Positions 22,628 to 36,172 are shown, counted from the first letter of the stretch. The stretch is DNA of 64,000 nucleotides from Octopus sinensis (GCF_006345805.1 NC_043005.1:70494001-70558000); one strand, 5' to 3'. Program-made: numbers and translations. Notes: generated from the letters alone by a model not told the origin.

Positions 22628-25600
22628 TTACAGGTGGAGTGGGGGCGGGTTCAGCTCGGACCCCACGAGCCCCGCCTCACCACTGATACTTTGGTTTCGT
22701 CCTGATTTACATTTATGTGGTGTCATCCATTCGCAACTCCGTGCTACATCCTTCCATCGTTCTTCATACACTCTCTTAGTCAGGCATTTTCTCTCCAGCC
22801 CTATCTTCCTTTTCAGGTGGAAGATGAAGTAATTCATCAACCCAGGGCCGGATATGAACTTGCCTGACCGTATACCTTTCATTCTCGTCTTCCATATCAC
22901 CTCTTTCGCAATTGCTACCACAACGAGTAAACAATTCTTACCTTCTTTCGCGAGGAAATCTGGTGGGTCAATTTTTTTAATACACTCAGTCGACAGCTGT
23001 ACTCTTCGTGTGCTTGACAACGGCTGTTCGGCATAAACCCACACCTCAGACACGACCGAACAATGAACAATAGCGTGCGGGACGGTTTCCCTATCCCGCC
23101 CGCATCTTGGACACGTCGGACTGTCTTGGCCACCGTGCCTTGCGAGTTTATCCCGAACAGGTAGAGCTCCTCTGTAGAATTGCCATGCCAGAGACTTCTG
23201 GAAGTTATCCAGTGTCTTCGGCTTGAACGTACGTCGGAACAGACTGGCCAGCTGATTATCGTCGAGACCTAGGGTATCCCCCAAGGTGTCTTCACATTTC
23301 GCCTCTACCAACCCTCTATAGAAGAATGTGGTGGAACCCCCACCGCAGGCGTTGCCCAAGCGACGGAATAGCAGGAGAGCCTTGCGACACTCCGTATACC
23401 ATGTGCCCAGTTTCGATCTACGATTCAACCAGGTTTCCCATCCACCGAAACTAGTGAACTTGGGAAACATCAGTTTTGCTAGCGAAGACCACACCCGTTC
23501 ACCATCCAGGTAGAGCCACAGATGTCTTAACCTCAGCGCATGTTTGCGCATCATCAGCCAAGGCATCCCTAGCCCACCCTTTAACGGTTGTTGACAGCAA
23601 GTAGAGCGTTTCACAATGGTTTCCCGCCCTTCCACAAGAAGTAGAAGAGCTGTCTTTCCAACTTGATCAACCACGAATCAGGGCATGGAACGACGGAAAG
23701 GCGGTAGGTGATAACCGATGCGATAAACACATTGGCTACCTCCGCCCTCCCTTTCAGGGATAGCCACCGCCAAGACCAGGTCTTGGCTACTGCAGCCACC
23801 TTGCTCGTTACCTCGCCCCAATTCTTCTCTATTTGGAGGTCTGGACCGAACCAGACCCCTAGCAGTTTAATCGGACCCTCCGTCCAACGTCCCACGACGC
23901 TGTCAGGAGGCATCGACTTGCCTCTCCAGGTGCCGAGTTGCAAGCCGACTGACTTTTCGCGATTAACTTTTGCTCCTGTCACCGTCTCGTAATCCTCTAT
24001 GGCCTTGCCTACTTTACATAGGTGGTCCATTTCGGTTACGATGATGGTGATGTCGTCCGCGTACGCTGACACTGATTTTCCATTACCTGGTTGTCTCGGG
24101 ATGCCGCTCAGTTTTCGCAGTAATGGCTCAAGAGCCATCACGTACAAAAGCGGGGAGAGCGGACACCCTTGACGAACCGAGCGTTTGATTTTGAACGGCT
24201 TCGACAAGAAGCCGTTCACCCGAACTACCGAGTCGATGTTGTCATAAATTTGGATAATCCACCTGAGGAAGCCAAGGCTCAGCCCGAACTGTGCCAGGGC
24301 AGATACCAGGTAACGATGGTCGACCCTATCAAAAGCCTTGGATTGGTCTAAATGGACCAGTGCCCCACCCTTGCCAGAATCACTATTAAACCCCTCTATA
24401 GTGTACCGCATTAGATGGAGATTATCCTGAATGGTTCTGCCCGGAACGGCACATGTCTGTGCCTCCCCGATCAGACCATCCGCGACACGCGCCAATCTTT
24501 TCGATAACACTTTGGCCAAAATCTTCAACTCTGTGTTTAGCAGAGTGATGGGCCTGAAATTATCAATGCACTCCCCCTTGGTCGGGTCCTTTCTGAAGAG
24601 AGTCACCACTCCCCGGCGCACAGATCTGGGTATAAGCCCGTTCTGCTGCCAGTTCGCATAGACCTCCGCCAGTAGGTGCCCGAACAAGTCTGGCATACTC
24701 TTATATAACTCATAGGGTAGACCATCCAAACCCGGCGCCTTGCCCGCGCCGCAGTCCGTCGTTGCCTCAACCACCTCCTCAGGCGTGATTGGCCCTTCAC
24801 AGCCCTCCCCATCTCGCCCCGATAAGCGCGGCAGCCCGTCGAGTAGGTCCGTAAAGGCCCTCCTCCTATCCAGCCCGCCGCACTCACCGAAAAGCTGAGC
24901 GAAGTGCTCCTGAAAGGCCTCACACATCTCCTCGGGTTCGTTTATCAACTCACCTTGTTGGTTCTTCAGAGATCGAATCGTGGCATCGTTGCCATTCCGG
25001 GCTTCCACCACTCGGGCCCATCTGACGGCGTTGATTCCTTCACATCCCGTATGACGGATTCTAGCCCTGACAATGCAGCCCATGTGTTTGGCCTCGAGGT
25101 GCTGGTTTAACACCAGTCTCTTGGACGCCACCTGAGCCGCAGAGCCAGTTTTCATGGCTTCCTCTAATTCCTTAACTAGAGTAGTTTCCCTTTTAGCCTC
25201 TCTAGTCACTACTCCTATGCTATATCTAATAGACTCAAACTTGATGGCTCGTTTGAGGGCGTACCACCATTTGTTATTAATGATGGCACCAGACAGCGCC
25301 CTCTGAATTATAGTCCTAATCCGGTCTCTGTACTCCTTAATCGCCAAAAGGGACGTGTTAAGTTTCCAGTAACCGGATCCTCTATTTTTAACCTTATCTA
25401 TGTCAAGCTTACAAGTGACCATTTTATGATCACTGTAGCTGATCGGGTAAAACTGTGGACACTTAGCTATTTTACTGTCTACCTTTCTAATTAGAATTCT
25501 ATCTATGTATGACCTGGAAGATCCGTCGCTGTTTGACCATGTCCACAATGGAGCGTTCGGAAATTCCAACCTATAAGGATCTGCTAGCTCAAAGCGGCTT

Positions 25601-26103
25601 AGCAGTTCCAGGAAGCAATAGTTACCTTTTCTATCTGCATTCGAGCCAACACAATCTACATCCGCTTTGCAAATTGTGTTAAAGTCTCCTAGCACAACTA
25701 ATGAATGCGAAGTACCGAGAAAGTTTTCTAGTTCACGAAAATAATCACTTTGCCCTGTATTGGGTGCGTAAATTGCAACCAGTCTGATAACTTTACCGTT
25801 ACTGAACGTCAAATCCATGACGACCAGCCTACCTTCTGGGTCTGAAAAAATTAACTTTTTCTCAAAAACCCGGTTTCTTTTTAATAGGACCAACACCCCA
25901 CCCCCGCCTGTAGGACTGGCCGGAGAGAAAAAACTCTCGTAGCCGTCAAACAGCGGGAGTAGACCTCTTGGCCCCTTTAACCGGGTTTCTGTAGCAACAA
26001 TAACATCCAAATTACGCGACCTGATATCATTAAGGAAGCGACCTTGCTTCCCGCTTGATCCCAGGCCGCGCACATTTAAACAACCAACATAAATGTAGTC
26101 CAT
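22628..26103 (-). pseudogene. Family B ORF2 (APE/RT), frameshifted
   Basis: 830-aa ORF from MDYIYVGCLNVRGL through YADD to KGGKPL. Continues in another frame (22628-23674) with CPRCGRDRETVPHAIVHC. A probable second frameshift lies near the C-terminus. Confidence 0.93.
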
Positions 26104-26111
26104 AACTTACC

Positions 26112-27474
26112 TTATATCAGTGGTTCGACTTGTTCGACTGGTTTGCCTTGTTTTTCGTCGTCTTCTTCGTTTTTATTTTTTTCCTTGGCTCGTGGGGGAG
26201 TCCGACGCAGGCCCTCGTATAGATATGGAGACATGTCCAGTCTCAGAGGGCCCACGTCGTGGAAGAATTCGGATTTTATCCGCCTGTAGTCCTTCCGGCC
26301 TATTTTGTACACAATACAGTCTTTCGTTTTCCTTACTCTCTCCACTTTGGCCATGGCTGCCAAAACATTGACTAGTCTATTGTTGGTAGCCTTAATGGCC
26401 ATAAATGAATTGGTTACTTCTTTTCTCTTCTTCTGGTTTTCTTCTTCTTGAGGGGTGGTTTCTGTTTTCCGTTTTTTTTTTGGTAACTTTTGACCACCCC
26501 TCCTCTTTTTCTTTTTCTTTTTCTGCACCACTCGATGGTTTTTCTACCTCTTTGGTTTCCTCTGTTTTCTTTTCTGTTTCAGTTTCTTCCTTTTCCGACG
26601 GTGCTTCTACCTGCGGTTTGGGTTGACACTCTGCTCTTACGTGTCCCTTTTTTCCGCAGCCGAAGCACCTCGGCTTTCTTCCTTCTACGAAAACCAAAAC
26701 TCTCTCCTCCTCATCGAGCCTCAGCACCTCTGGTATTTCCTCCAGTGTCTGGACCTCGGCTTGGATTGCCATAGTGATGCTCTGGCCCTGCCAAAACCCC
26801 TCCTCCTCCACTGTAGCTTGGAGGATATTGATTTTGTCCTTCAGGCCTAGCATCACTGCCGCCACCAGGCATGTGGCGTCCGCCTCTGGGGGAATATTTC
26901 TCATAACTATTTTTGAGGTCCTTCTGCCTCTGTACAAGGGTAGAAGGACTATGTTCCCTGCTTTTTGTTGTTCGGTAGATAGCCTCTTTGCTATTTCCTC
27001 GGTCCTAAACCTCACCTCTACCGTTCCGAACCTTCTTCCTCTGTTTATATAAGTTACGTCCTTTCTAATTGCCTTCAGGCACTCCTCTATTTTATTTTAT
27101 TCCACTTTTTGGATACTTTGTGTTGTTGTACTGTATGTTTTATAAATTATCCTTTTCTTTTCTATCTCTTCTTTTTTTCCGACATCTGATTTTACTGCTA
27201 TCTCGTTCCCTTCTTTTTTCAGTAAGACTTCGTATTTTTTCAGATTACTGCTATCTGTATTTATACTTTTTTGTTTACGCCCTGCAACTTCCGCGAACTT
27301 CTTCGCTGGGGCCTTTTTTTCTGGCGTTACCGCCGTTTCTTTTTCCGGCGTCACCGCCGGTGAGCTTTCTTCACCTGAGGCTTGAGAGCTTCCATCACCT
27401 GAGATTGGTGAATAAGAGATGGGGAATTCCATTTCGAGCTTTTTCAGTTGGCATTCACCGCCTTCCGAAGACAT
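26112..27474 (-). pseudogene. Family B ORF1, in three frames
   Basis: Fragments 27097-27474, 26392-27015 (CFGCGKKGHVRAEC) and 26112-26531. Alignable with A ORF1 (RTSKI, VFVEGRKPRC). Confidence 0.88.
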
Positions 27475-28130
27475 TTAGGCTTTGCAAGCCGTTTGTAGAA
27501 AATTTTTTTTTTTTTTTTTTTAATTGATCCACACACAATAATTCCCCCGCGAGGGGGGAACTAAGTACGCAGCCTTCGCACGAAGGCCACTAACAGTCTT
27601 ATAGAAAAGACACCAAAACAACAGTGATTAAGTTAACAAAGTAGCAGTAATTTACTAACCAAGCAGGCACTCGTATTCAGTCGGTCAAAGTTCAGTTTTT
27701 GAGTATCGATGAAAAAGTAACATCTAACAAACAAAGTAACATCGTTTTTGGGTATCGGTAAATGAGTTGTCTCATTTTCAAGAGAATTACCACGTTTAAA
27801 TAAGAAATTAAAATCATTTAAGTTAATCATGCAATTTTGGGAATATTCCATTTTTTACTGTTATATACTACAATAACAAAGAAATTATTTAAGATTTTAG
27901 ATTTATGCATAAGTATTCTTATGGTTCCAAAACCATGGTGTTCGTTTATTTACATCCCCATAACATACTGATTTCACAAGAAGAAACTGATAGAATAAGT
28001 ACCAGGCTTATCAAAATTTAAAAAAGCTCTACGCAATGTCTCACATATATATATGGATTTCGTGGACAAGAATTGAAACAAATCAATCGTATATATATGT
28101 ATGTATTTATGTAAGTGTATGTGTTTTAGT

Positions 28131-30806
28131 ATTGGCAACATGAATGACAATGGCCAGAGACTACTTGAATTTTGCACATACCATAACCTGTGCATCACCA
28201 ACACATTCTTTCCCAACAAGACATCCAAGATCTCACCACTGGCATCAGTTGGATCTCATCATTACACGAAGATCCTTTCTGAATTCTGTTCAACTGACCC
28301 GTAGCGCGGATTGTGACACAGATCATTCACTAATAAGAAGGGTGAGGATTCTGCCTAAAAAGTCCATCACTCCAAGAAAATGAGCCAACCACGCATTAAC
28401 ACTGCCAGAACCTCGGACCCTACACTGCGACAATGTTTTGCTGTTTCTATCAAGGTTGCCCTCAGTAGCTGCCCAACCTCCTCTGCTGAAAGTAGGTGGA
28501 ATTATATCAGGGAAGCTTTGTATACCACATCAAGATACTTTCGGAATGAGAGAAAGGTAAAACCCAGATTTTGTTCAGTGCTGGGCTCTCAGAGCTGGAA
28601 ACAGTTATCGAAGCAAAGCGTGCAGCTCTGATGCAATACAAGAGTGTTTCTTCTACAAAGTCACTCGAAGAACTCAGAAAAGCACGAAATAAAACCCAAC
28701 TCACTGCCAGACGCTGTGCAAATGGGTATTGGCAGGAAATCTGTCAGAGTATCCAGTCTGCTGCTGACAGTGGTGACACCCGTGGGGTGTATGCCGGTTT
28801 GAAGAAGACCCTCGGTCCATCCGCAACCACCTCAGCCCCTCTGAATTCAACTACTGGAGATCTCATCAAGAACCAAAGCAAGCAAAGGGATACATGGATG
28901 GAGTACTACCAGGATCCCTACACACGAGAGGTAGCTGAGGCTGCAATCGAGGGTGTCAAGATCTTGCCAGTCATGTGTGAACTTGACAGTCTGCCATCTA
29001 TAGCAGAGCTCACCAAATCAATTGACTCCCTAGCAAGTAACAAGGCTCCGGGGAAAGACGGCATCCCCTTAGAGATCATCAAAACCGGCAAAAATACCAT
29101 CCTGCTTCGGCACATTCATGAGCTTCTGTGTCAGTGCTGGTAAGAGGGTACAGTCCCTCAGAATATGCGGGATGCTTACATCATTACGCTTTACAAAAAT
29201 AAAAGTGACCATGATAATTGTAACAATTACCGTGGAATATCTCTTCTAAGCACAGTTGGAAAGGCCTCTGCTCGCATTATCCTGTCCAGGCTGCAACTAA
29301 TTGCTTCTCGAATTTATCCAGAATCGCAGTGTGGCTTTAGAAGCAGATCAACTTGATTGACATGATATTCTCCATACGCCAACTTCAGAAGTCCAGAGAG
29401 CAGAACATGCCATTATATATGGCCTTCATTGATCTGACAAAGGGCTTTGACTTGGTAAGTAGAAAAGGCCTCTTCATCCTGCTCCAAAAAATCGGATGTC
29501 CACCAAAGCTGCTGATGATCATCAAATAATTCCATGCTAATATGCAAGGCACCATACAGCACAATGGTTCAACATCAGCCGCCTTCCAAATAAAAAATGG
29601 GGTAGAGCAAGGTTTTGTCCTTGCTCCTACATTATTTGGCATCTTCTTCTCGCTGCTGCTGTCACATGCCTTTGAGACATCAGATGATGGAGTGTTTCTG
29701 CACAGTAGAAGTGATGGGAAACTGTTTAATCTCTCGCGTCTGCGTGCCAAGACCAAAATCTCAGAAGCGTCCTGATCAAGGAGATGCTATTTGCTGATGA
29801 GGCCGCTCTGGTATCACACACAGAAGAAGCACTACGATGGCTCAGCAACTGTTTTGAGCAAGCATTTGGCAACTTTGGCTTAGTTATCAGCCTCAAGAAT
29901 ACCAACATCATGGGTCAGGTTACATCGGACATCCCAAACATACATATTGGAGACCACAGAGTATAGGAGGTGGAGAAGTTTACCTATCTTGGCTCTACCG
30001 TCACCTACAACCTATCCCTTGATGCTGAGCTCAATATACGCATTGGCAAGGCAGCTGCTGTGATGGCCCAACTCACCAAACGCGCATGGGACAACAATAA
30101 GCTGACCAAGACCACAAAAATGAAGATTTACCAGGCATGTGTACTTAGCACTCTACTGTATGACTTTGACGCCATACACACGCCATACGACGCCATACGT
30201 CGCCTAAATATCTTTCACTTGCGCTGTCTCCGGAAAATCCATCGCATCAAATGGCAGAATCATGTCCCTAACAAAGATGTCCTCAAGCAAGCAGGAATAC
30301 CAAGCATGTTTTCACTCTTCACACAAAGACGTATGAGATCGCTTGGACATGTTAGCCGTATGGAAGATGGCAGAATCCCCAAGGACATACTCAACGGAGA
30401 GCTTGCTAGGGGCACTAGGTCTGTGGGAAGACCGTTCTTACGATACAAGGATGTTTGCAAAAGGGACATGAATGCCTGCAACATCAATATTACCAACTGG
30501 GAAGCAGTTGCCAGCAACCGTGGAGATTGGCGATGTATCGTAAAAGAGGGAACACAAAGGAGTGACATAGTGAGAAAGGAGAAATGGAAAGACAAGAAAA
30601 GACGTCAACAAAAAACTATGACATTAAGACCAGTCAGGCAAAGTCTTCGCTACATTTACGGCACCTGCCAGAGGGAGTGTTTGTCCCGGATAGGACTACA
30701 CAGCCACAGCAAGAGATGTATTAGGACATGAAATGTAAAAGCCGGACTAGATTATTTTATGCGCAACTCCATTGTCTCCTGAGACAAAAAGGGTGCCAAC
30801 AACAAT
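28131..30806 (+). mobile_element. RTE-clade LINE, 5'-truncated and degenerate
   Basis: GNMNDNGQRLLEFC...ITNTFF, SADCDTDH, KAPGKDGIP, NYRGISLLS, ESQCGFR, QGFVLAPTLF, LFADEAAL, EKFTYLGS, FHLRCLRKI. Many stops and frameshifts. Confidence 0.92.
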
Positions 30807-31085
30807 ATATATGGATTTCGTAGACAGGAACTGTAACAAATAAATCGTATATATATGTATGTATATATGTAAGTGTATGTGTGTGTCTTTGTCTCTGTGT
30901 TTCGCCCTCATCACTGCTTCACAACTGCTGTTCACTTATTTACATCCACATAACTTACTGGTTTCACAAGAACAAACTAATAGAGTAAGTACTAGGCTTA
31001 CCAACATAAAAAAGCACTAGGCTGTGTCTCATATTTTTGTTTGCCCACTCAGTTGTATCTATCAATTTATCTTTGTGTGTGTATA

Positions 31086-32420
31086 TCTATCTATATATAT
31101 ATATAAAACACCCTAATGGGAGCCATAAATCCCAAATTTTAGTAATTTCTTTTATGATCCAAAACTTGGTCAAAAGTACTGAATGGAGTACTTTATGAAA
31201 TTTGGAAATTATATTCTATGCATAAGGGCCATAACGCCCATGACAATTCATATATTTTTGCTGTTGATGAAATTTTAACCATAGACATTAGACACAAATG
31301 AAGTAATATCTATAAAATTTCATCTTACAAAGTTAGAAAGACCCCTCCATGGGGACTTAACATCTACAATTTTGTCATTTTATCTAAGCAAAAATGAATA
31401 CAGTTGTGCTCTTGGAAGCTGTAGGGTTACCCGAGCATAAAAGATGAGCATTATTTGTAATTCAATGGTACAACAGTGTAACAGTTTGCTTTGACATACA
31501 CTTACATTGTGATTTCTGCAATGTGCTGCATAAATTGTCAAGTAAATGAGAGGCATCTTTGCCTCCACTGATTCAGTTGCAAAGTGTAGAGTAAAATTTA
31601 TTTGATTACAGACCTCTTTTCAGTCTTTTTATTATCACTCGGTCACACATAGTCCCCATATGGTAACATTGATTTCAAGGCCTTCCCAGATGAGTGACTG
31701 GTTATTCGAAGACATTTATAGATTTTAAATTTATTCTGTCCAGTTACGTATCAGTATAGTGGTCATTTGCAAACTACAGAGGTGACACTTTCATTTCTCC
31801 TTAGCTCTCACGTCAAACAGTTGTTAATGTTGATTTCAGTTGGGTCACGCCCTTCCAATTGCTATAGATTCGTAATGCATCTTACGGCTGTGCATGTCAC
31901 CTGGATGGTGAGGAATCCTACATTAGGAGTGGTAACGACTAGGGTAGGGTAACTGACTGCTTATTGTGATCATTCGTCTTTGGTTTCCTGTAGCTTTGCT
32001 CTCTTTTACAAACCCAGTGAATATTATTTCCTATTTCAAAGAATTCAAACAATATAATAAGACCCAAGTTAAAAAGATTTTCAACAATTCAAATTCTCTG
32101 GTTGACATTAAGATGCCTACCCCCAACAGGGGCCTTAACTCTCACATTTTAGAGCTCCATGACCTTCATTTTTCAGGAACAAAATCTTTTTAACAAGTTA
32201 AATAAGACTGGACTTTTGGAATATGCGCATAAAAATCAGGATTATGGGATACATGTGGCACGATTACAATATTTTAGGGTGTGTAAAGATTGAAATAACC
32301 CTCATCTGCAATTTTGATGTAATTCGAAACATAGATATTCCAGTTCATCACAGAAGATATAACAGAAAAGTCTAATTCTCCAATTGAATGTAATCGGGCA
32401 ACGCCGGGTATCTCTGCTAG
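31086..32420 (+). mobile_element. Probable non-autonomous Helitron-like element (about 1.3 kb)
   Basis: 3' end gggcaacgccgggtatctctgCTAG|T resembles the other Helitron-like ends. The 5' boundary (tctatctatatat) is approximate. Confidence 0.5.
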
Positions 32421-32504
32421 TTATATATAAATATAAATAAGTAAAAGTTATGCAATAAATATAAATATTTATATAAAAGTAAAAATGTACAAAAAAAGTA
32501 AAAA

Positions 32505-33995
32505 TGTCTTGACAATGGTGTTACTCCAGAACAGTGGAAAACTGCCAGTGTCATCCCTCTGTTCAAAAAAGGCGACCGCACATCGCCTGTCAACTATCGC
32601 CCCGTCAGTCTTACCAGCTGCATCGCCAAACTGATGGAATCCTGTATCAGAGAAACCCTCTGGAACTTCTGGAAGTCTCACACCCTCATCCAGCCGTCAC
32701 AATTCGGATTTATTCCTAACTCCAACTGCTGTAATCAACTCATCGAGTTTCTTGAGGATGTTACCTAAATCACTGATCGCGGATCCTGGGTGGATGTTGT
32801 TTACCTGGACTTTGCTAAGGCTTTTAACTCTGTGCCACACAAAAGACTTATGGTGAAGCTTTCTGCGTTGGGTGTAAGAGACGAACTCTATAACTGGTTA
32901 AAGTCCTTTATTTTCGGCCGAAAAGAGGTTGTCACAGTTCTAGGACAGCACTCTTCGCCCTATGAGATGACATCTGGTGTGCCGCAGGGATCTGTTCTTG
33001 GCCCCCTTTTATTTGTTGCATATGTTAATGACATAGATGCCAACTTAAAGAATGCCACAGTGCTGAAATATGCAGATGACATCAAGCTGTACCTCGAAAT
33101 AAAGAGGTCAAATCCTATACACTATGGATCTCTATTGCAAGCAGACCTGGACACAATGCAGCAGTGGATCATGGACTGGCAACTCAATGTACCACCATGC
33201 ATTTTGGGAGGAGAAACCCAGCGTCCACCTACTCCCTCCACAACACTAGTCTCAAAAAGTCTTCAAGTGAACGTGACCTGGGTGTTATTGTCGACAGTGA
33301 TTTGCGTTGGACAAAACACATCGCCAAAATTGTCAAGAAGGCTGAGGGAGTCATGGCATCGCTCACCAAATCCTTTGTGAGCCGCTCTCCGGCTATCTAT
33401 CTGCGGCTTTATATAGCTATGGTAAGACCTCACCTGGAATTTGCATCACCGGTCTGGAACCCCTATCTTGCCCAGGACATCAATCGTCTGGAAGCTGTTC
33501 AGCGACGTGCAACCAAAAGAATACCCTCCATCAGGCATTTGCCATATCTTGAACGCCTTACTTCCCTGGGCATGGACACATTGAAACTCCGACGTCTGGC
33601 AGCTGACCTGGCAGACACCCATAAAATTATCAACCATCGCACAAACAATAACACCTCTTCAAACTCCACCCATCTAACACCCGTGGACATATTTACAAAG
33701 TAAGAAAACAGCACAGCTCCCATGACTTCAGGAAACATTTTTTCACGCTGAGAGTTGCTGAAGCGTGGAACAAACTGCCGGCATCGGTTGTTAGTTGTCG
33801 GAGCACTGCATCCTTCAAGACTTCCATGCTTCCTGAGATTCGCCAACACTACACTTGATTTTCTCCCCTCCATACACACACAAGCATGTTCACTTTCCAG
33901 ACATTTCTACATTACTGCATGTACTTTATATGCACTTTCTGACAAGTTGTGGTGCACCTGAGCACTGTATACAATAATTTTATTATTATATATTA
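32505..33995 (+). mobile_element. CR1-group LINE, 3' fragment
   Basis: NYRPVSLTS, QFGF, VYLDFAKAFNSVPH, SGVPQGSVLGPLLF, YADDIKLY, ERDLGV, VRPHLEFASPVWNP, QRRATK. (TTA)n-like tail. Confidence 0.92.
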
Positions 33996-34147
33996 TTATT
34001 ATATATATTCTTTCTTTTCTTTCTTTTATTCTTTTACTTGTTTCGACCCGAACACTTCTTTAAAGTAATTCTATATATTTCGCAAGAAAGAACAATAATA
34101 TTATGTATATACATGCCACCATCGGGGGGACAAACACAAACACACAC

Positions 34148-34292
34148 ACAGTTTCCGTCTACCAAATTCACTCACAAGGCTTTGGTTGGCCTGAGGCTCT
34201 AGTAGAAGACCAAGGCGTCACGCAATGGGGCTGAACCCAGAACCATGTGGTTGGTAAGCAGGCTACTTACCACACAGCCACTCATGCATATG
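34148..34292 (-). mobile_element. tRNA-headed SINE family 2, 5' part
   Basis: Reverse complement of the head of the 60874 element (gagtggctgtgtggtaagtagc...ggttcagcccc). Confidence 0.75.
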
Positions 34293-34419
34293 TATGTGTG
34301 GTGTGTGTGTGTGTGGTGTGTGTGTGTGTGTGTAGTTTGACAAGTGTCAATGAACGAAACTCTCACCCCTCGAGTCACTCTGTTGCTTCTGCTAAATATT
34401 GATAAACACATATATGATG

Positions 34420-34555
34420 AGCTTTTTCAGATTCCGTCAATCACATCTACTCACAAGGGTTTAGTCGACTCAGGGCTATAGTAGAAACACCCGCTCAAAG
34501 TGCCACGCAGCTGGACTGAACCCGGAACGGCTTACAACACAGTCACGCCTGCTTC
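34420..34555 (-). mobile_element. SINE family 2, 5' fragment
   Basis: Matches the head of the 60874 element with an internal deletion. Confidence 0.65.
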
Positions 34556-34578
34556 TATTCACATATATACATGATAGA

Positions 34579-34810
34579 TATTTCTTTTGCTACCCACAAG
34601 GGGCTAAACATAGAGGGGACAAACAAGGACAGACAAACGGATTAAGTCGATTACATCGACCCAGTGCGAAACTGGTACTTTATTTATCGACCCCGAGAGG
34701 ATGAAAGGCAAAGTCGACCTCGGCGGAATTTGAACTCAGAACGTAGCGGCAGACGAAATACTGCTAAGCATTTCGCCCGGCGTGCTAACGCTTCTGCCAG
34801 CTCGCTGCCT
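34579..34810 (-). mobile_element. tRNA-headed SINE family 1, full length
   Basis: A-box-like tggcagaagcgttag, B-box-like gagttcaaattcc. Tail gtcccctctatgtttagccccttgtgggtagcaaaagaaata. Confidence 0.85.
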
Positions 34811-35543
34811 CTTGCGTATAAATATATGTGCGTATATAGACACAGTTATACATACACATACCTAGTCATAGATGGCTACACACACTAACACACACGTACA
34901 CATACACATGCAAGTAGTCACACGAGTGTACACACAACCACACACATACGCACGCACACACACACACACACATACACACTCGCACGCACGCACATAATCT
35001 CCTTTCCTCTCACCCTTATTCTTCTAAGCAAACACACATCTACACACACATAGAAAGGCATGCATGCACGCAGACATAAGATTAATTCGCGGCCAAATTC
35101 AGGGCAGACGTTGAAGACAAAGGACAAGCTATTGAAAAGGTCGTGAAAAATAGCGACGAACGGACATTCACGAAGAAATAAAACCTTGATTGTTTAACCA
35201 GCACGTTAAACAAACGATCGATTACGAAATGGGTCAGATGTGTAACCATATCGTTATTGGCATAATGACCCTCCCAAGAAGCAACAAGATGTGTGTGTGT
35301 ATATGTGTGTGAGTGTGTGTGCGTATGTGCATATATGTATGTGTGTGTGTGTGTGTATGTATGTGTGTGTGTGTGGCAAAAACAGATCGATAGAATAAGT
35401 ACTAGGCTTACAAAGAATAATTCCTAGAGTCGATTTGCTCGACTAAAGGCAGTGCTCCAGCATGCCCAAAGTCAAATGACTGTAACAAATAAAAGAATAA
35501 AAGAGTATATATATATGTATATATATATATATATATATATGTA

Positions 35544-35939
35544 CTAGCAGTGTCGCCCGGCGTTGCTCGGGTTTGTAAGGGAAATAACTATATAAGCATT
35601 TTTAGAGATGTAAAGTATAATAGCCATCTCAATATGGCTAACCACAAAGGGGGGGTGTTACTGTAGCTTTTTACATTCTGAGATTTAATAAAACATTTTA
35701 GAGAGTTACTTCCCTTATATAAACCGAGCGAAAATGCATTAAAAATGCGGAAAAAATTATGGTAATTTTTTTTTAAATCGTAAACTCATCGTAGACGTGC
35801 GCTAATACCCAGAAGGGCTCGATATGGATCACAACTATAAGATACCAGCTTTTGGTTACACTGCACCGCAAAATGAGGGAGTAGTTAGGAATCTAAGTCG
35901 TAGGAGACAGACACACAACTTCACTTTTATATATAAAGA
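35544..35939 (-). mobile_element. Non-autonomous Helitron-like element, tandem unit 1
   Basis: On the minus strand: 5' TC, 3' CTAG and the shared subterminal motif. Near-identical to 36173-36567. Confidence 0.72.
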
Positions 35940-36059
35940 TATATATATATATACACACATTCACATATATATACAGTATATATATTATATATATATACAT
36001 ATATATACAGTGTATATATATATATATTTATTTATATATATATATATATAATATATATA

Positions 36060-36092
<33 letters not shown>

Positions 36093-36172
36093 ATTTGAGG
36101 GAATATTATTCATAACTTACAGGGAAAAATTCAATTTCGAAACACTAAATCAATTTCACAAATATATATGTA

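Larger units (their letters stand above)
22468..27743 (-). mobile_element. Tx1-type family B, full length, 21-bp TSD
   Basis: Divergent paralogue of family A. Flanked by identical gtttttgggtatcggtaaatg at 22447-22467 and 27744-27764. Confidence 0.95.
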
